Of a DNA stretch of 64,000 nt, positions 28,418-41,290 are shown piece after piece. The translations under genes and the position numbers were made by a program. The stretch's first letter is position 1. The number at the start of each line of letters is the position of its first letter. The stretch comes from an uncultured Candidatus Saccharibacteria bacterium. Lineage in GTDB: Bacteria > Patescibacteriota > Minisyncoccia > Phycocordibacterales > CAIZLB01. Under the pieces are notes generated by a model that did no database searches, was not told the DNA's origin, and was given only the letters and a program-made list of their open reading frames with translations. The stretch is taken from positions 2,884-66,883 of the forward strand of contig CAZFNX010000002.1 in the NCBI GenBank assembly GCA_964520195.1, given 5' to 3'.

Positions 28418-29905
28418 CTAGTATATCATCTTTCCAAGAGCAAAGAGGTCTATTTCTCTATCAATATTAGACATGAGTTGTATTCCTAGTGGCAACCCGT
28501 TTTCTGTACCATATTCTGGATCACCGTGACTATTTACACTTTTTATGAAAGGTATAGATATGGCTGGAAGACCTGTTAAGTTTGCAGTAACTGTAAATAT
28601 ATCAGCCAAGTAGAGAGATAGTGGATCTTTATTTTTTTCACCAATTTTAAATGCTGTACCTGGTGTAGTTGGAGTTATAATAGCATCAACATCAGCAAAA
28701 ACCTTATATACATCTTTAGTCAACTCTTCTCGTAGTGCCATAGCTTTTTTATAATATGCATCATGATACCCTTCAGAGAGAATATATGTACCTAGCATAA
28801 TACGTCGCTTTACTTCTTTTCCTAAAAATTCTCCTCGAGTATTCATGTATGTCTCAAGCAAATCTTTTCCTTCTGCTTGCGCACCATATCGAACACCATC
28901 AAAACGAGCCATGTTTGAAGAAACTTCTGCCGGTACTAAGACATAGTACATTGCAAGAGCTTGCTTAAGTAGTGGTACAGATATATCAACTATCTGAACA
29001 CCTTTTCTTTCCAACTTTTCAATAGTAGCCTGTATACTTTCTTGAACTTCTTGCGACACTCCTTCAGTAAAAATAAATTCTCGAGGAATACCAACCTTCA
29101 TACCATGTCGCGGCAATGTCTCATGAGCCTCAACACTTCTTGTCTTATGAGTTGTACTATCCAAAGGATCAAGACCCTTCATAACTTCAAACACCGCCTC
29201 AGTATCTTCTACGTTTTTAGCAATCACACCAACAACGTCAAAAGACGATGCCATAGCAATAAGTCCATGACGAGATACACTTCCGTATGTTGGCTTAAGT
29301 CCAATAGTTCCACAGAAACTAGCAGGCTGACGAATAGACCCTCCAGTATCAGATCCAAGCGCAAACAAACATCCGTCCATCGCAACAGCAGCAGCAGATC
29401 CACCAGATGAACCACCTGACACATACTCAAGATTTTTAGGGTTTTTAGTTACACCATATGCTGAGTTTTCAGTTGATCCACCCATAGCAAACTCATCCAT
29501 ATTTACACGACCTAAACATATTGCTCCTGATGCAAGTATTTTTTCAACTGCAGTTGCAGTGTATGACGCTGTGTAGTTTTCAAGAATCTTAGAAGACGCA
29601 GTAGTTTTTTTACCAACCATACAAATGTTGTCTTTGATAGCAAACGGCACACCGAACATCTTATGCTTCCAGATATGACTCTCCAATTCTTGTTTTGTTT
29701 TACCTGCAATAAGAGCGTCACACGCTCGAGCTTGCGCCAATGCTTCATCTTTGTATACCTCAAGAAATGTATTAGTGTCTTTATTTTTAAGTTCAATAAT
29801 ACTAAGGTACAGTGTCACCACTTCCTCAACAGTACACTTTCGTGTAAGAAGACTTTCATGGAAATCTATAATTGAATCTGGTAAAACATGAGTACGAATC
29901 TGCAT
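28418..29905 (-). CDS. gatA: Glutamyl-tRNA(Gln)/aspartyl-tRNA(Asn) amidotransferase subunit A
   Basis: Amidase signature GGSSGGSAAAVA, 495 aa, adjacent to gatC. Ends in TAG. Confidence 0.9.
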   Translation of the reverse strand: MQIRTHVLPDSIIDFHESLLTRKCTVEEVVTLYLSIIELKNKDTNTFLEVYKDEALAQARACDALIAGKTKQELESHIWKHKMFGVPFAIKDNICMVGKKTTASSKILENYTASYTATAVEKILASGAICLGRVNMDEFAMGGSTENSAYGVTKNPKNLEYVSGGSSGGSAAAVAMDGCLFALGSDTGGSIRQPASFCGTIGLKPTYGSVSRHGLIAMASSFDVVGVIAKNVEDTEAVFEVMKGLDPLDSTTHKTRSVEAHETLPRHGMKVGIPREFIFTEGVSQEVQESIQATIEKLERKGVQIVDISVPLLKQALAMYYVLVPAEVSSNMARFDGVRYGAQAEGKDLLETYMNTRGEFLGKEVKRRIMLGTYILSEGYHDAYYKKAMALREELTKDVYKVFADVDAIITPTTPGTAFKIGEKNKDPLSLYLADIFTVTANLTGLPAISIPFIKSVNSHGDPEYGTENGLPLGIQLMSNIDREIDLFALGKMIY

Positions 29906-29934
29906 AATAAATAAAAAATATTGTTATTGTTGGA

Positions 29935-30228
29935 TTATTGAGTAAGAATTTGCTTTACTTTCACAGAATTATTTTCAAAAGCAGGAGCCTGTGCAACAAT
30001 CTCTTCTGCCTTATATTCACCGTCTCGTCGAACGACTTCATCAACACGAACAACACCAACAGGAGCCATTCCTAGACTATGTTCATGATCATGCTTCGAT
30101 ACAGATAGAGCTTGAATAGTATCTATAAAAGACAAGATAGATTCGATATCTTGAGTAAACGAAACATGCTCATCTTCCGTTAAAGAAATACGAGCAAGGT
30201 TCGCAATATTGTGAGTATGTATCAACAT
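29935..30228 (-). CDS. gatC: Glu/Asp-tRNA amidotransferase subunit C
   Basis: 97-aa GatC-like protein (ISLTEDE...) immediately upstream of gatA. Confidence 0.8.
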   Translation of the reverse strand: MLIHTHNIANLARISLTEDEHVSFTQDIESILSFIDTIQALSVSKHDHEHSLGMAPVGVVRVDEVVRRDGEYKAEEIVAQAPAFENNSVKVKQILTQ

Positions 30229-30284
30229 ATTCCTACTTTAGCACAACTTGACCATATAGGAAAAGGGTCTTTTTTTTAAGAGAT

Positions 30285-32801
30285 TTAATGCTCTATTACT
30301 TCCGGAAGAACTTGACACAATGTTGTAGTTGAGACGGTTTGCATAGGTGAAGTACCTGTAGCATTTCTCACACATGTTATTTGCGCTTTTTGATTTAACC
30401 CATTGACAGTTTCTGTAAATAAAGGACCAGAAAGTCCTGGGGCTACAACCGTTGCGGCTTGATTATTGATTGTCACAGTACAACTATCAATATTTTCAAC
30501 ACTCCAATTATATTCACACTGTGTACCTTTAGAAACCACAGGATTTCTTGCTGTAAAATTTAGTATTTTTGCAGCTGGGGTTGTTGTAGAATTTCCATTT
30601 CCACCTCCTGTATTTGAGTATGGAGAAGTTGAAGTACAGCTAGCATATACCGTAGATGCATCTACAACATCAGTAACCTTAACTTTCAGTGGAGTTGCAG
30701 ATCCGGTTGCCGTTCTTTCTATATATGCAGGAAGCTTAAGTGGCGGATGATAACTTGTATCAGTCACATCCCAATAGCGTATATATCTGGAATCAATCGC
30801 ATTGGTAACAGCTACATTAAACCGAGCAACACTAGAACTTGCAGAAGGTACCTGATAGCAACTTGCCCCTAGTGCACATGCAGGAGAGTTTTTAGTAGTA
30901 CTTATGACTGTAGTATTTCGAGTACAGGTCTGATTTCTACTTGTTCCATCATACGAACATGTACACACAAGGGCTGGGCATGTAACATTACTAAATGTAA
31001 AAGTTGTATCACCTGCAGTACTAGCACAAGCACCGTTTATGTTATAGTAGTGTCCTGTCAAAGTAGCATTTCCTGTAAATCCCTCATTGAACGTAATTGT
31101 CAATGGATACGGCCCAACATCTCTATTGTAAACTAATACACCCGATCCAACAGGAACAGTACCTCCCGCACCATTTGAAACAGTAAGTCCATTAAGTCCA
31201 CTTACATAGAAATATGTATATGATGAAGTATTACCACAAGTTTGATTAGTAGGATCGAGTCTCACTTGTACAGTTTGCCCACAAACAAATGTATCTGAAG
31301 GCGCTGGATATGTTACCGGTGACATGGTTAAGCCTCGATATCCATGATTCCAACATTGAGAATTGGATCCTGCGTCTATACCACCATCTGCAAATGCACT
31401 CATGCTAAAATTTCCTGAATTAATAGCACCTGTAGCAAATACTTGCGAATAATGAACATACCCAAGTAAACTAGCACACACCAACACACAAAGTATCCAT
31501 AGCTTGTGACGATTTACACCGTATCCAATAAGAGCTAGAACAATGAGAGTGTACAATGTTACCATCGCAACTGTTTTTCGAGTAAGCGGCATCAATGTTT
31601 TTGATGCTTGATGTACAGTTGGTTGTATTATATCAAATACGCCCGTAAACAATGTTAGACCTGAAAAATCTTTTACCGTAACACGAATATGTGCAACATC
31701 TTTTTTCTGAACATCTGTTAAACCAGTGGGTACTTGTACTGTAGGGTTTATATTCCCCCAAGCTATTTTTGATGACTGTGTACCAATAGAGACGTTTGTA
31801 TCGTTAAGAAAATCAACATCAAACGCATATTCTTTATTTTTAAAGTCTTCTATAATCTGATGTGAACTTGTAGAATTCAAATACGCCTCTGTGAGCTCTA
31901 TAGTTGAATCAAACAAAGTTTTAGCTACACGTAAAACAGCCGTTGAAGTTCCTAGCTGAGCACTTGTCACCACCACAAAAGAACTACCTATCATGTATCT
32001 AAATTCTTCTGTTTTTAAGACAATGGTCTTGTCACCATACTGAACAGAAAGATCTATTTTCCCTTCATACGTACCTCCTTCAGCTATATATTTTGCAGGT
32101 ATTTGTATAATCTTTTTACTTTTCCTTGGTACTTCTACAGAGACTGAAGCATCAGTATTTTTTGTAAAGATGGAAGTTTGTAAGGCGTATTTTCTCGTAC
32201 TATAATCAGCGAACACCTTGAGCGAAGTTGTACCAGTATTGTTTATTTCTATTTCATAGAAAGCTGTATCTTTTTTCTTTTCTGCAATAATAGGACCATC
32301 TTGCAATTTATATTTCTTACCATCATATTGGAACCAACTTTTTGTCTCAACACCTGCGATATTAGAAGCAGACACATCGCCCAATGTTAAAACATCACTT
32401 TGTTTTTCGTACAATGTATTTTCATGACCATCTAATACTCGTAACTCTATTCTATATGAATTTTTCTTGAGAATATTAGGAATGTTATACACATACTCTT
32501 TCGCGTAAGAATTTACCCTCTTTGGAATAAGGAGATTGCTATCTAAAACATCAGAAGTCAGTTTAACTGTATTTCTAAATGTTTTCTCTGAATACACATC
32601 TGTTACAGAAACTTCTACTTGTACAGGAATATCGACATTACTAAGATTAAAAAAAGTTGTGTTAATTTTAATAGATGTTGGAGATGTAGTAGTTGCTTGT
32701 ATTTTATCTACACCTACATTACCAAACCCCTCCTTTTCAGCTTGTACTTGAGTTGTTATACAAAAAAAAGAAAGGAGTGCTATAAAAAATATTTTTTTCA
32801 T
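30285..32801 (-). CDS. Large surface protein, paralog A (signal peptide, ~400-aa N-domain, central double-TM segment, Cys-rich C-terminal domain ending TTTLCQVLPEVIEH)
   Basis: Start set at MKKIFFIALLSFF (ATG at 32801). ~65% identity to the adjacent paralog over the N-terminal 450 aa, and an identical 14-aa C-terminal tail. Confidence 0.6.
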   Translation of the reverse strand: MKKIFFIALLSFFCITTQVQAEKEGFGNVGVDKIQATTTSPTSIKINTTFFNLSNVDIPVQVEVSVTDVYSEKTFRNTVKLTSDVLDSNLLIPKRVNSYAKEYVYNIPNILKKNSYRIELRVLDGHENTLYEKQSDVLTLGDVSASNIAGVETKSWFQYDGKKYKLQDGPIIAEKKKDTAFYEIEINNTGTTSLKVFADYSTRKYALQTSIFTKNTDASVSVEVPRKSKKIIQIPAKYIAEGGTYEGKIDLSVQYGDKTIVLKTEEFRYMIGSSFVVVTSAQLGTSTAVLRVAKTLFDSTIELTEAYLNSTSSHQIIEDFKNKEYAFDVDFLNDTNVSIGTQSSKIAWGNINPTVQVPTGLTDVQKKDVAHIRVTVKDFSGLTLFTGVFDIIQPTVHQASKTLMPLTRKTVAMVTLYTLIVLALIGYGVNRHKLWILCVLVCASLLGYVHYSQVFATGAINSGNFSMSAFADGGIDAGSNSQCWNHGYRGLTMSPVTYPAPSDTFVCGQTVQVRLDPTNQTCGNTSSYTYFYVSGLNGLTVSNGAGGTVPVGSGVLVYNRDVGPYPLTITFNEGFTGNATLTGHYYNINGACASTAGDTTFTFSNVTCPALVCTCSYDGTSRNQTCTRNTTVISTTKNSPACALGASCYQVPSASSSVARFNVAVTNAIDSRYIRYWDVTDTSYHPPLKLPAYIERTATGSATPLKVKVTDVVDASTVYASCTSTSPYSNTGGGNGNSTTTPAAKILNFTARNPVVSKGTQCEYNWSVENIDSCTVTINNQAATVVAPGLSGPLFTETVNGLNQKAQITCVRNATGTSPMQTVSTTTLCQVLPEVIEH

Positions 32802-32918
32802 ACTATGAGTATACCATTTTTTATATGTACAACATACTATTATATATAATATGTTTGTAAGAAAACAAAACACCATCCAGAGATGGTGTCTGTAACTAAA
32901 ACTAGTCAGCGAACTATA

Positions 32919-35402
32919 TTAGTGTTCTATTACTTCCGGAAGAACTTGACACAATGTTGTAGTTGATACTTGTATTGCAGGAGATGAAGTGCCTACCGCA
33001 TCAGCCGTACATGTAATAGTTGCTTGCTGATTAAGACCGTCATCAGTAGGAACAGATACTGGACCTGATGTTCCTGGTGCTATCAGTGAAATACTATGAC
33101 TATTTACTACCATGGTACATCTATCTACATCTTGCGTATCCCATGTATATGTACAATTTGTTCCTCTATTAACCACAGGTGATGAAGATTTAAAAGTAAC
33201 AACTCTAGGAGATCGTGGCGCTGTTGTAGAAGCAGATGAAGAACCTCCATTGCTACTACCTCCTCCATTTCCATTGTTTGTGATAGAACACACAGAATAA
33301 GCTTTACTGTTATCGAATAAATCAGTTATCGTTGTCTTTTGTGTAATAGTTTGCCCAACCGCAACATTCTTTGTATATGGGTTTGTTATAGCAGCTCCAC
33401 TATCTGTATCCGTATATGTTAGATTACCCACTTTATTACTTACTGTATACGTAAATGTTCCATTTGTTCCTGATACAGATGTTCCACAAGCTACACCGAG
33501 CTGACATGCTGCTGCATTTGTTGTTGTTGATGTAACTGCACCATTTTTACATACACTATCTCTTCCATTACATGTACATGATTGAGAACATGTCACATTT
33601 TTAAACGTAAGAGTTACATCTCCTGCTGTACTAGCGCACGCACCGTTTATGTTATAGTAGTGTCCTGTCAAAGTAGCATTTCCTGTAAATCCATTATTAA
33701 ATGTTACTGTTAATGGAAAGGCTCCAATTCCTCTATAGTACACCATCGCAGACCCACCAACCGGAACAGTGCCTCCAGCACCATTTGAAACAGTAAGTCC
33801 GTTAAATCCACTTACATAGAAATACGTTGTTGATGGAGTATTACCGCAAGTTGAGTTAGTAGGGTCTAGTCTTACTTGTACAGTTTGTCCACATGTAAAT
33901 GTATCTGAAGGTGATGGGAAGCTTACAGCTTGCATAGTCAAGCCTCTATATCCATGATTCCAACATAGAGGGTGAGATCCTGCATCTATTCCGCCATCAG
34001 TAAAGGCAGACATAGTAAAGTTACCTGAAGAAATACCAGGAAAGGCAGATACACGAGTATAACTTACATATGCAAGTAAAGCTGCACAAATAAGAAGACA
34101 TACAAGCCATAGTTTATGACGATTTACACCATATCCAATAGCAGCAAGTATTACAAGGATAAACAAAGTAATTAACGCTATTGATTTCTGTGTCAACGAA
34201 GCAAAGCCTTTTGCGATTGTAGTTGGCATAACATCAAATGTACCTGTATAAAGTTCTGCATTATTAAAATCTTTTACAGTCACACGAATTTGCGAAACAT
34301 CTTTAGGTTCTAAACTTGCTGCTGTGATCGGAACCTGAAGAGTTGGATTTATATTTCCCCAGTTTACTTGTGTTGTTTGTGTACCAATAACAGATCCTGC
34401 ATCATTAAGAAAATCAATATCAAAGGTATACTGTTTATCTACATATTCTCCAATGACCTGATTTGAACTTGTAGAATCTAGATATGCCTGTGTAAGTTCT
34501 ATAGTTGAATCAAACAATGTCTTAGATATAGACAAAGATACACTAGAGGTTCCTAATTGAGCATCCGTCACAACCACAAAAGAACCTCCTATCATGTATC
34601 TGAACTCTTCAGTCTTAAGAGCAACAACAGTATCACCATCATGCATAGAAATATCTATCTTCCCTTCATACGTACCTCCTTCTTGTATATACTTTGCTGG
34701 TATTTGTATAATCTTTTTAGATTTCTTCGGAATCTCTACTGTAACTGACGCATCTGCATTTTTAACAAACTCAGATGTTTCTAGTGCATATTTTCTAGTA
34801 CTATAATCAACATATACCTTTACAGAAGATGTACTTGTGTTATTGACTTCAACGGCATAAAAAGCACTATCTTTTTTACTTACATCAACTATTGGACCAT
34901 CTTGTAGACCATATTTTTTACCATCATACTGGAACCAACTTGTTGTCTCTATTTTTGAAAGATTTGAAACAAGTGTATTACCAAGGGTCACAACCTCACT
35001 TTGTCTCTCATATAATATATTTTCATGAGTATCCACCACTCTAAGCTCTATTTTGTATGAATCTTTTTTAGGAATCTCAGGAATATTGTATGTATATTCT
35101 TTTTCGAATGAGTTTACTCTTTTTGGAATAACCAAATCTCTATCTATAGTGTCAGATGTTATGAGATTAATATTTTTATACTGAGCCTTTGAATAGGTAT
35201 CGGTTACAGAAGCCTCTACATGTACCGGAATATCTGCACTACTGAGATTGAAAAATGCTGCATTAATTTTAATAGATGTTGGAGATATTGGTGAGACTAG
35301 TATCCTATCTACACCTACCTTACCAAAATCCTCACTCTCAGCATGTACGTAAGTTGTTACACATACAAGAGAAAGCGATAATATAAAAAGTATTTTTTTC
35401 AT
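32919..35402 (-). CDS. Large surface protein, paralog B (same architecture as 30285..32801)
   Basis: MKKILFILSLSLVCVTTYVHA signal peptide, GGAGGTG SD upstream, 827 aa. Shares its N-domain, mid-protein TM pair (ITLFILVILAAIGYGVNRHKLWLVCLLICAALLAYV) and C-terminal tail with paralog A. Confidence 0.6.
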   Translation of the reverse strand: MKKILFILSLSLVCVTTYVHAESEDFGKVGVDRILVSPISPTSIKINAAFFNLSSADIPVHVEASVTDTYSKAQYKNINLITSDTIDRDLVIPKRVNSFEKEYTYNIPEIPKKDSYKIELRVVDTHENILYERQSEVVTLGNTLVSNLSKIETTSWFQYDGKKYGLQDGPIVDVSKKDSAFYAVEVNNTSTSSVKVYVDYSTRKYALETSEFVKNADASVTVEIPKKSKKIIQIPAKYIQEGGTYEGKIDISMHDGDTVVALKTEEFRYMIGGSFVVVTDAQLGTSSVSLSISKTLFDSTIELTQAYLDSTSSNQVIGEYVDKQYTFDIDFLNDAGSVIGTQTTQVNWGNINPTLQVPITAASLEPKDVSQIRVTVKDFNNAELYTGTFDVMPTTIAKGFASLTQKSIALITLFILVILAAIGYGVNRHKLWLVCLLICAALLAYVSYTRVSAFPGISSGNFTMSAFTDGGIDAGSHPLCWNHGYRGLTMQAVSFPSPSDTFTCGQTVQVRLDPTNSTCGNTPSTTYFYVSGFNGLTVSNGAGGTVPVGGSAMVYYRGIGAFPLTVTFNNGFTGNATLTGHYYNINGACASTAGDVTLTFKNVTCSQSCTCNGRDSVCKNGAVTSTTTNAAACQLGVACGTSVSGTNGTFTYTVSNKVGNLTYTDTDSGAAITNPYTKNVAVGQTITQKTTITDLFDNSKAYSVCSITNNGNGGGSSNGGSSSASTTAPRSPRVVTFKSSSPVVNRGTNCTYTWDTQDVDRCTMVVNSHSISLIAPGTSGPVSVPTDDGLNQQATITCTADAVGTSSPAIQVSTTTLCQVLPEVIEH

Positions 35403-35463
35403 AGTATAAGTATATCACCTCCAAAGAAAAAACAACAAGTAAAAATACTCGTCCAGATTGGAT

Positions 35464-37539
<2,076 letters not shown>

Positions 37540-37544
37540 CTAGA

Positions 37545-38090
37545 CTAGTGAGCAAAGATAAGGCCACGCTCTACCACCCTTCGAGTTACCGCATCACTAA
37601 GAGCACAAGACTCTCCAGAAATACCCGTGTTATAACCACTCGTAGATATTTTTGTTCGATATGGTGTCTTAACAACTTCAACGTGTCCACATGCATCTTG
37701 ACCATAATCTATATCAAACGTAGTTGTTGCAATATTATTTACAGCATCAACGACTTTTACATAAGATAAAGGGTTTAATACATTTTCTCCACACTTGATT
37801 GGATTTGTTCCAGAAAGTTGAACAGTTGTTGTGCCAAAAACAGCACTAGAAAAATCACCCGCTAGTGTACCATCTGTTAATGTATCCCAATACAACGCAC
37901 ACTCAAGTGCACTATCGGCAGCATAAAACGAAGTCTGAGAATTTGTACCTATATTAGTCAATCTGAGTTGACGTAAAATAATATTTGCAATTGAAAAAGA
38001 TATCGACAGCAAAAGCGTCATCATAACCAGTGCAATCACAAGACTGATTCCTCTGTTTGTATGAAGTTTTGTATGAGTCGTATGTATCAT
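37545..38090 (-). CDS. Minor pilin, PilX-like
   Basis: N-terminus ...NRGISLVIALVMMTLLLSI (prepilin-like hydrophobic helix), in an operon with three other pilins. Start taken at MIHTTHTK to avoid overlap with the upstream gene. Confidence 0.5.
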   Translation of the reverse strand: MIHTTHTKLHTNRGISLVIALVMMTLLLSISFSIANIILRQLRLTNIGTNSQTSFYAADSALECALYWDTLTDGTLAGDFSSAVFGTTTVQLSGTNPIKCGENVLNPLSYVKVVDAVNNIATTTFDIDYGQDACGHVEVVKTPYRTKISTSGYNTGISGESCALSDAVTRRVVERGLIFAH

Positions 38091-38091
38091 A

Positions 38092-38718
38092 TTATTTTGT
38101 ATAATAGTCTTTATATTGCTGATTATGTAATCGTTCAACAAGTTGCAACTGTCTATCTCTACCTCTGTCTTGCCATTTTACCGTAACTACCACTTTTATT
38201 TCTCGTAAAGGAGTACTACCTGTTGATCCATCCTGACTTCCTACTTGAAGATATATTTCTCTTGTAAACTTAGAATTCTGATATCCTGATACACTATCTT
38301 CACCGTAGATGATTGATCCATTTGGATTAAAAGCTAACGCCGGACAGGAACCAGCACATTGTGTAAACCGATACACACCTCCTGCATCTCGAGTCATGTA
38401 ACAGGTATTAGGAGAAGAGACGGTATTTGCATTTTTACAATCAACATTACCTGTTATGGTATTTACCCAGTTAGCATCAGTAGAATCAGTAAGAGCAATC
38501 GTATCTCTATTGTTTCTAATAGCCTCAATCGCCTCTTCTGCTAAATAATACGCAGAAACATTATCACGAGATTCGACAGAACTTCGAATAGCGAGAGTGG
38601 CAATATAGATAGGGCCTGTCAAAGCTAATGTCAATATAAACACAGCAACAAGTGTCTCAAGCAAAGTAAATCCCCTTTGTTGTTTTTGTATATTCTTTTT
38701 TCGAGAGATACGTGACAT
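38092..38718 (-). CDS. Type IV (pseudo)pilin with prepilin cleavage/methylation motif
   Basis: QQRGFTLLETLVAVFILTLAL carries the G|FTLLE class III signal. Confidence 0.6.
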   Translation of the reverse strand: MSRISRKKNIQKQQRGFTLLETLVAVFILTLALTGPIYIATLAIRSSVESRDNVSAYYLAEEAIEAIRNNRDTIALTDSTDANWVNTITGNVDCKNANTVSSPNTCYMTRDAGGVYRFTQCAGSCPALAFNPNGSIIYGEDSVSGYQNSKFTREIYLQVGSQDGSTGSTPLREIKVVVTVKWQDRGRDRQLQLVERLHNQQYKDYYTK

Positions 38719-38726
38719 ACAATGTA

Positions 38727-39395
38727 TTATATAAAGTTAGGTAATCTCTGAGAGATATATGTTTGTATAAAGAAATCAGAAATATTTACTTGATTAACTT
38801 TTGCAGTACCACTCAAAACAAGAAATACTGATGGTTGACCAACTGTAGAACCATCAGTTGGAGTTGGGATCAATTGATGTGGGGTCTTTATAGTAAACTC
38901 AAGTTTATTAATAGTTATATTATTTTGATCAGTAAGCGGATACGTTTCTGAAGAGACAACGTCTAGTGCGTCTTGTGTATATAGTGTTTTTCGAATATAC
39001 GCATCTTGACCAAGAGTTCCCACAAGTTCATATTTCACTAGTTGCTCTTTACCTGAAATAGTAGAAACAAGAGTTATATTGTTAATAGCTGTAGAGCCAT
39101 TACATGTACTTGAAATCAATTTATAGTTATCCAACACAAGAGCATTCACACCATACGAAGAAGGGTCGAAGTTGCATTGATACCTGTATCCTGTTTTAAT
39201 ATCACGAACCATACTTTCTATAGAGTAGTTAAGGTTATTTACCACAGAACTTACAGCTTGATTTTTTTTATTTGAATTTATAATACTTAAAATCACACCG
39301 CTGGCAGCAACAACAACAACTGAAAAAATACCCAGTGACACAAGAGCCTCCACGAGGGTAAATCCTTTTATTTTTGTATGTGAATAAAATTTCAT
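38727..39395 (-). CDS. Type IV (pseudo)pilin with prepilin motif
   Basis: KIKGFTLVEALVSLGIFSVVVVA. Confidence 0.6.
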   Translation of the reverse strand: MKFYSHTKIKGFTLVEALVSLGIFSVVVVAASGVILSIINSNKKNQAVSSVVNNLNYSIESMVRDIKTGYRYQCNFDPSSYGVNALVLDNYKLISSTCNGSTAINNITLVSTISGKEQLVKYELVGTLGQDAYIRKTLYTQDALDVVSSETYPLTDQNNITINKLEFTIKTPHQLIPTPTDGSTVGQPSVFLVLSGTAKVNQVNISDFFIQTYISQRLPNFI

Positions 39396-39410
39396 ATAAT
39401 CTATATTACA

Positions 39411-40049
39411 TTATTGCATAGGTAAACAATGTGCGTTACTAATCTCAACAGATCCTGTCTTTTCTATCGTAACAGATCTACATACATCATTTAAGAAACC
39501 TGTACTGATAACTATTGAACCTGTGTAATCTTCAACGGGTGATGTTGATATATCTTGTACTTTGAACATAGCTTCAGGGTTCGGACGAGTAAAAACAATG
39601 TCGACAGTTTGTTCACCATTACCAGTAGTACAGTAGTTACTTGTTGATGTTGATAATACACTTCCTTTACATATACCTAAAATAGATCCTGCTCTTGAGT
39701 TTGTAATAGTATACTCTTGAGTCAGCTCGTTATTAGATGGGTCGTATACTCCATTACCATTTTTATCTGCAAAAAGAATAACTGTCTTTGGTTGAGCAAT
39801 ATCGAAATGCACTCCGTGACTGGCAGAAAAACCATCAGCTGTAGCCTTTACTCCGAGACCTGCAACCTGAGACTCTCTAACAATCAAACCTATTTCATAG
39901 GCTGTATTAGATACTAAGATAGTACTATTGAGTCTCGCATTATTAAACAATACAAGCACTGTTACTACAGAAATAATAGCCACAACCACAATCATCTCTA
40001 TCAGAGTGAAACCAGATTTTTTTTGTTTTTGTTGTGATTGTGTACACAT
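39411..40049 (-). CDS. Type IV pilin (first in pilin operon; possible major pilin)
   Basis: KKSGFTLIEMIVVVAIISVVTVLV prepilin motif, and Cys residues near the C-terminus (possible disulfide-bonded loop). Confidence 0.65.
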   Translation of the reverse strand: MCTQSQQKQKKSGFTLIEMIVVVAIISVVTVLVLFNNARLNSTILVSNTAYEIGLIVRESQVAGLGVKATADGFSASHGVHFDIAQPKTVILFADKNGNGVYDPSNNELTQEYTITNSRAGSILGICKGSVLSTSTSNYCTTGNGEQTVDIVFTRPNPEAMFKVQDISTSPVEDYTGSIVISTGFLNDVCRSVTIEKTGSVEISNAHCLPMQ

Positions 40050-40052
40050 GTT

Positions 40053-41261
40053 TTATATATTTGAAGATATGTTGTAAATAGGAATCAATACAGATGCAAG
40101 CAAAAACCCTACACCGAGACCGAGAAGCACAATCATCAAAGGTTCAATCAAATCAACAAGTGTATCAACAGCAGAGACAACTTCTCGTTGATAAAATCGC
40201 GCAAGAGTTTTCAAAATACTTCCAACCTCTCCAGTTTCTTCCCCCACTCTCGTCATAGCCACAAGTATACCTGGAATCTCAGCATGCTTACCAAATGCAT
40301 CAGACAATGCAAAACCACCTTTCACATCTTCAATCACATTCGACATGATACCTTCATATATAGTGTTATCTATAACATCTGATGTAAGCTCCAAAGCTTT
40401 CAACATAGGAATACCTGATGTAAGCATAGTGTTTAGGTTATCGGCAATACGTGATAGATAGAGTTTTTTATACAGATTTGAAATATATGGTAATTCAATC
40501 TTAAGTCGAGAAAGAAAGTTTTTACCTGCTGGAGAAAATAGATATCGCGCAGCCAAAAATCCAAAGATAATAACCAAAATAATAAATACAGGACCAAAAT
40601 TTACCAAAAAGTTACTCAATCCTATAACAACTTTCGTATACGCAGGTACCTCTTGTCCAGACTCAGTAATAATCACACTGATCTTTGGAATCACCACAGT
40701 AAGCATAAGTACCATCACCGCTATAAAAGTAGTAATAACGAAGGCAGGGTAAATAAGAGCATTCTTAACCTTTGCAGTAACTTCATAGTTACGTTCCATG
40801 TAATCAGACAGGAACAAAAAAGTCTCATCAAGCTTTCCTGACTCTTCTCCAGCCTTAACCATGTTTGTATAAAACGTATTAAAGACTTTAGGATGTTTTG
40901 CGAGCGCAGTTGAGATCGGTGATCCAGCTTGAATATCATCTGCTATAGTCACCAAGACTTTTTGCAAAGCAGGTTTTTCCATCTCGGCAGATAAAAGTTG
41001 GAAAATACGCAATGCTGAAACCTGTGCAGTAAACAGAGTTGACATCTGTCTTGATAAGATCACAATATCTTTTGTCTTAATCCCTCCAAACAAACTTATA
41101 CCGCTCGAAAAAATATTTCCTTTCTTTCCACTTTCTTCGATGGCTAAAATAGTCCACCCACGTCTCTGAAGCGAGTTAATAGCTATGTCTTTATTTTGAG
41201 AATCTATAGTTCCCTCTGTTTGACTCCCCCGTTCATCAAGTGCTTTATACGTAAATATCAT
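40053..41261 (-). CDS. pilC: Type IV pilus inner-membrane platform protein (GspF family)
   Basis: 402 aa. Two GspF-type repeats with TM helices; conserved ...SRIADNLNTMLTSGIP... region. Confidence 0.9.
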   Translation of the reverse strand: MIFTYKALDERGSQTEGTIDSQNKDIAINSLQRRGWTILAIEESGKKGNIFSSGISLFGGIKTKDIVILSRQMSTLFTAQVSALRIFQLLSAEMEKPALQKVLVTIADDIQAGSPISTALAKHPKVFNTFYTNMVKAGEESGKLDETFLFLSDYMERNYEVTAKVKNALIYPAFVITTFIAVMVLMLTVVIPKISVIITESGQEVPAYTKVVIGLSNFLVNFGPVFIILVIIFGFLAARYLFSPAGKNFLSRLKIELPYISNLYKKLYLSRIADNLNTMLTSGIPMLKALELTSDVIDNTIYEGIMSNVIEDVKGGFALSDAFGKHAEIPGILVAMTRVGEETGEVGSILKTLARFYQREVVSAVDTLVDLIEPLMIVLLGLGVGFLLASVLIPIYNISSNI

Positions 41262-41290
41262 AGTTTGTGTAGTAGATTAGTGAAAATAAA

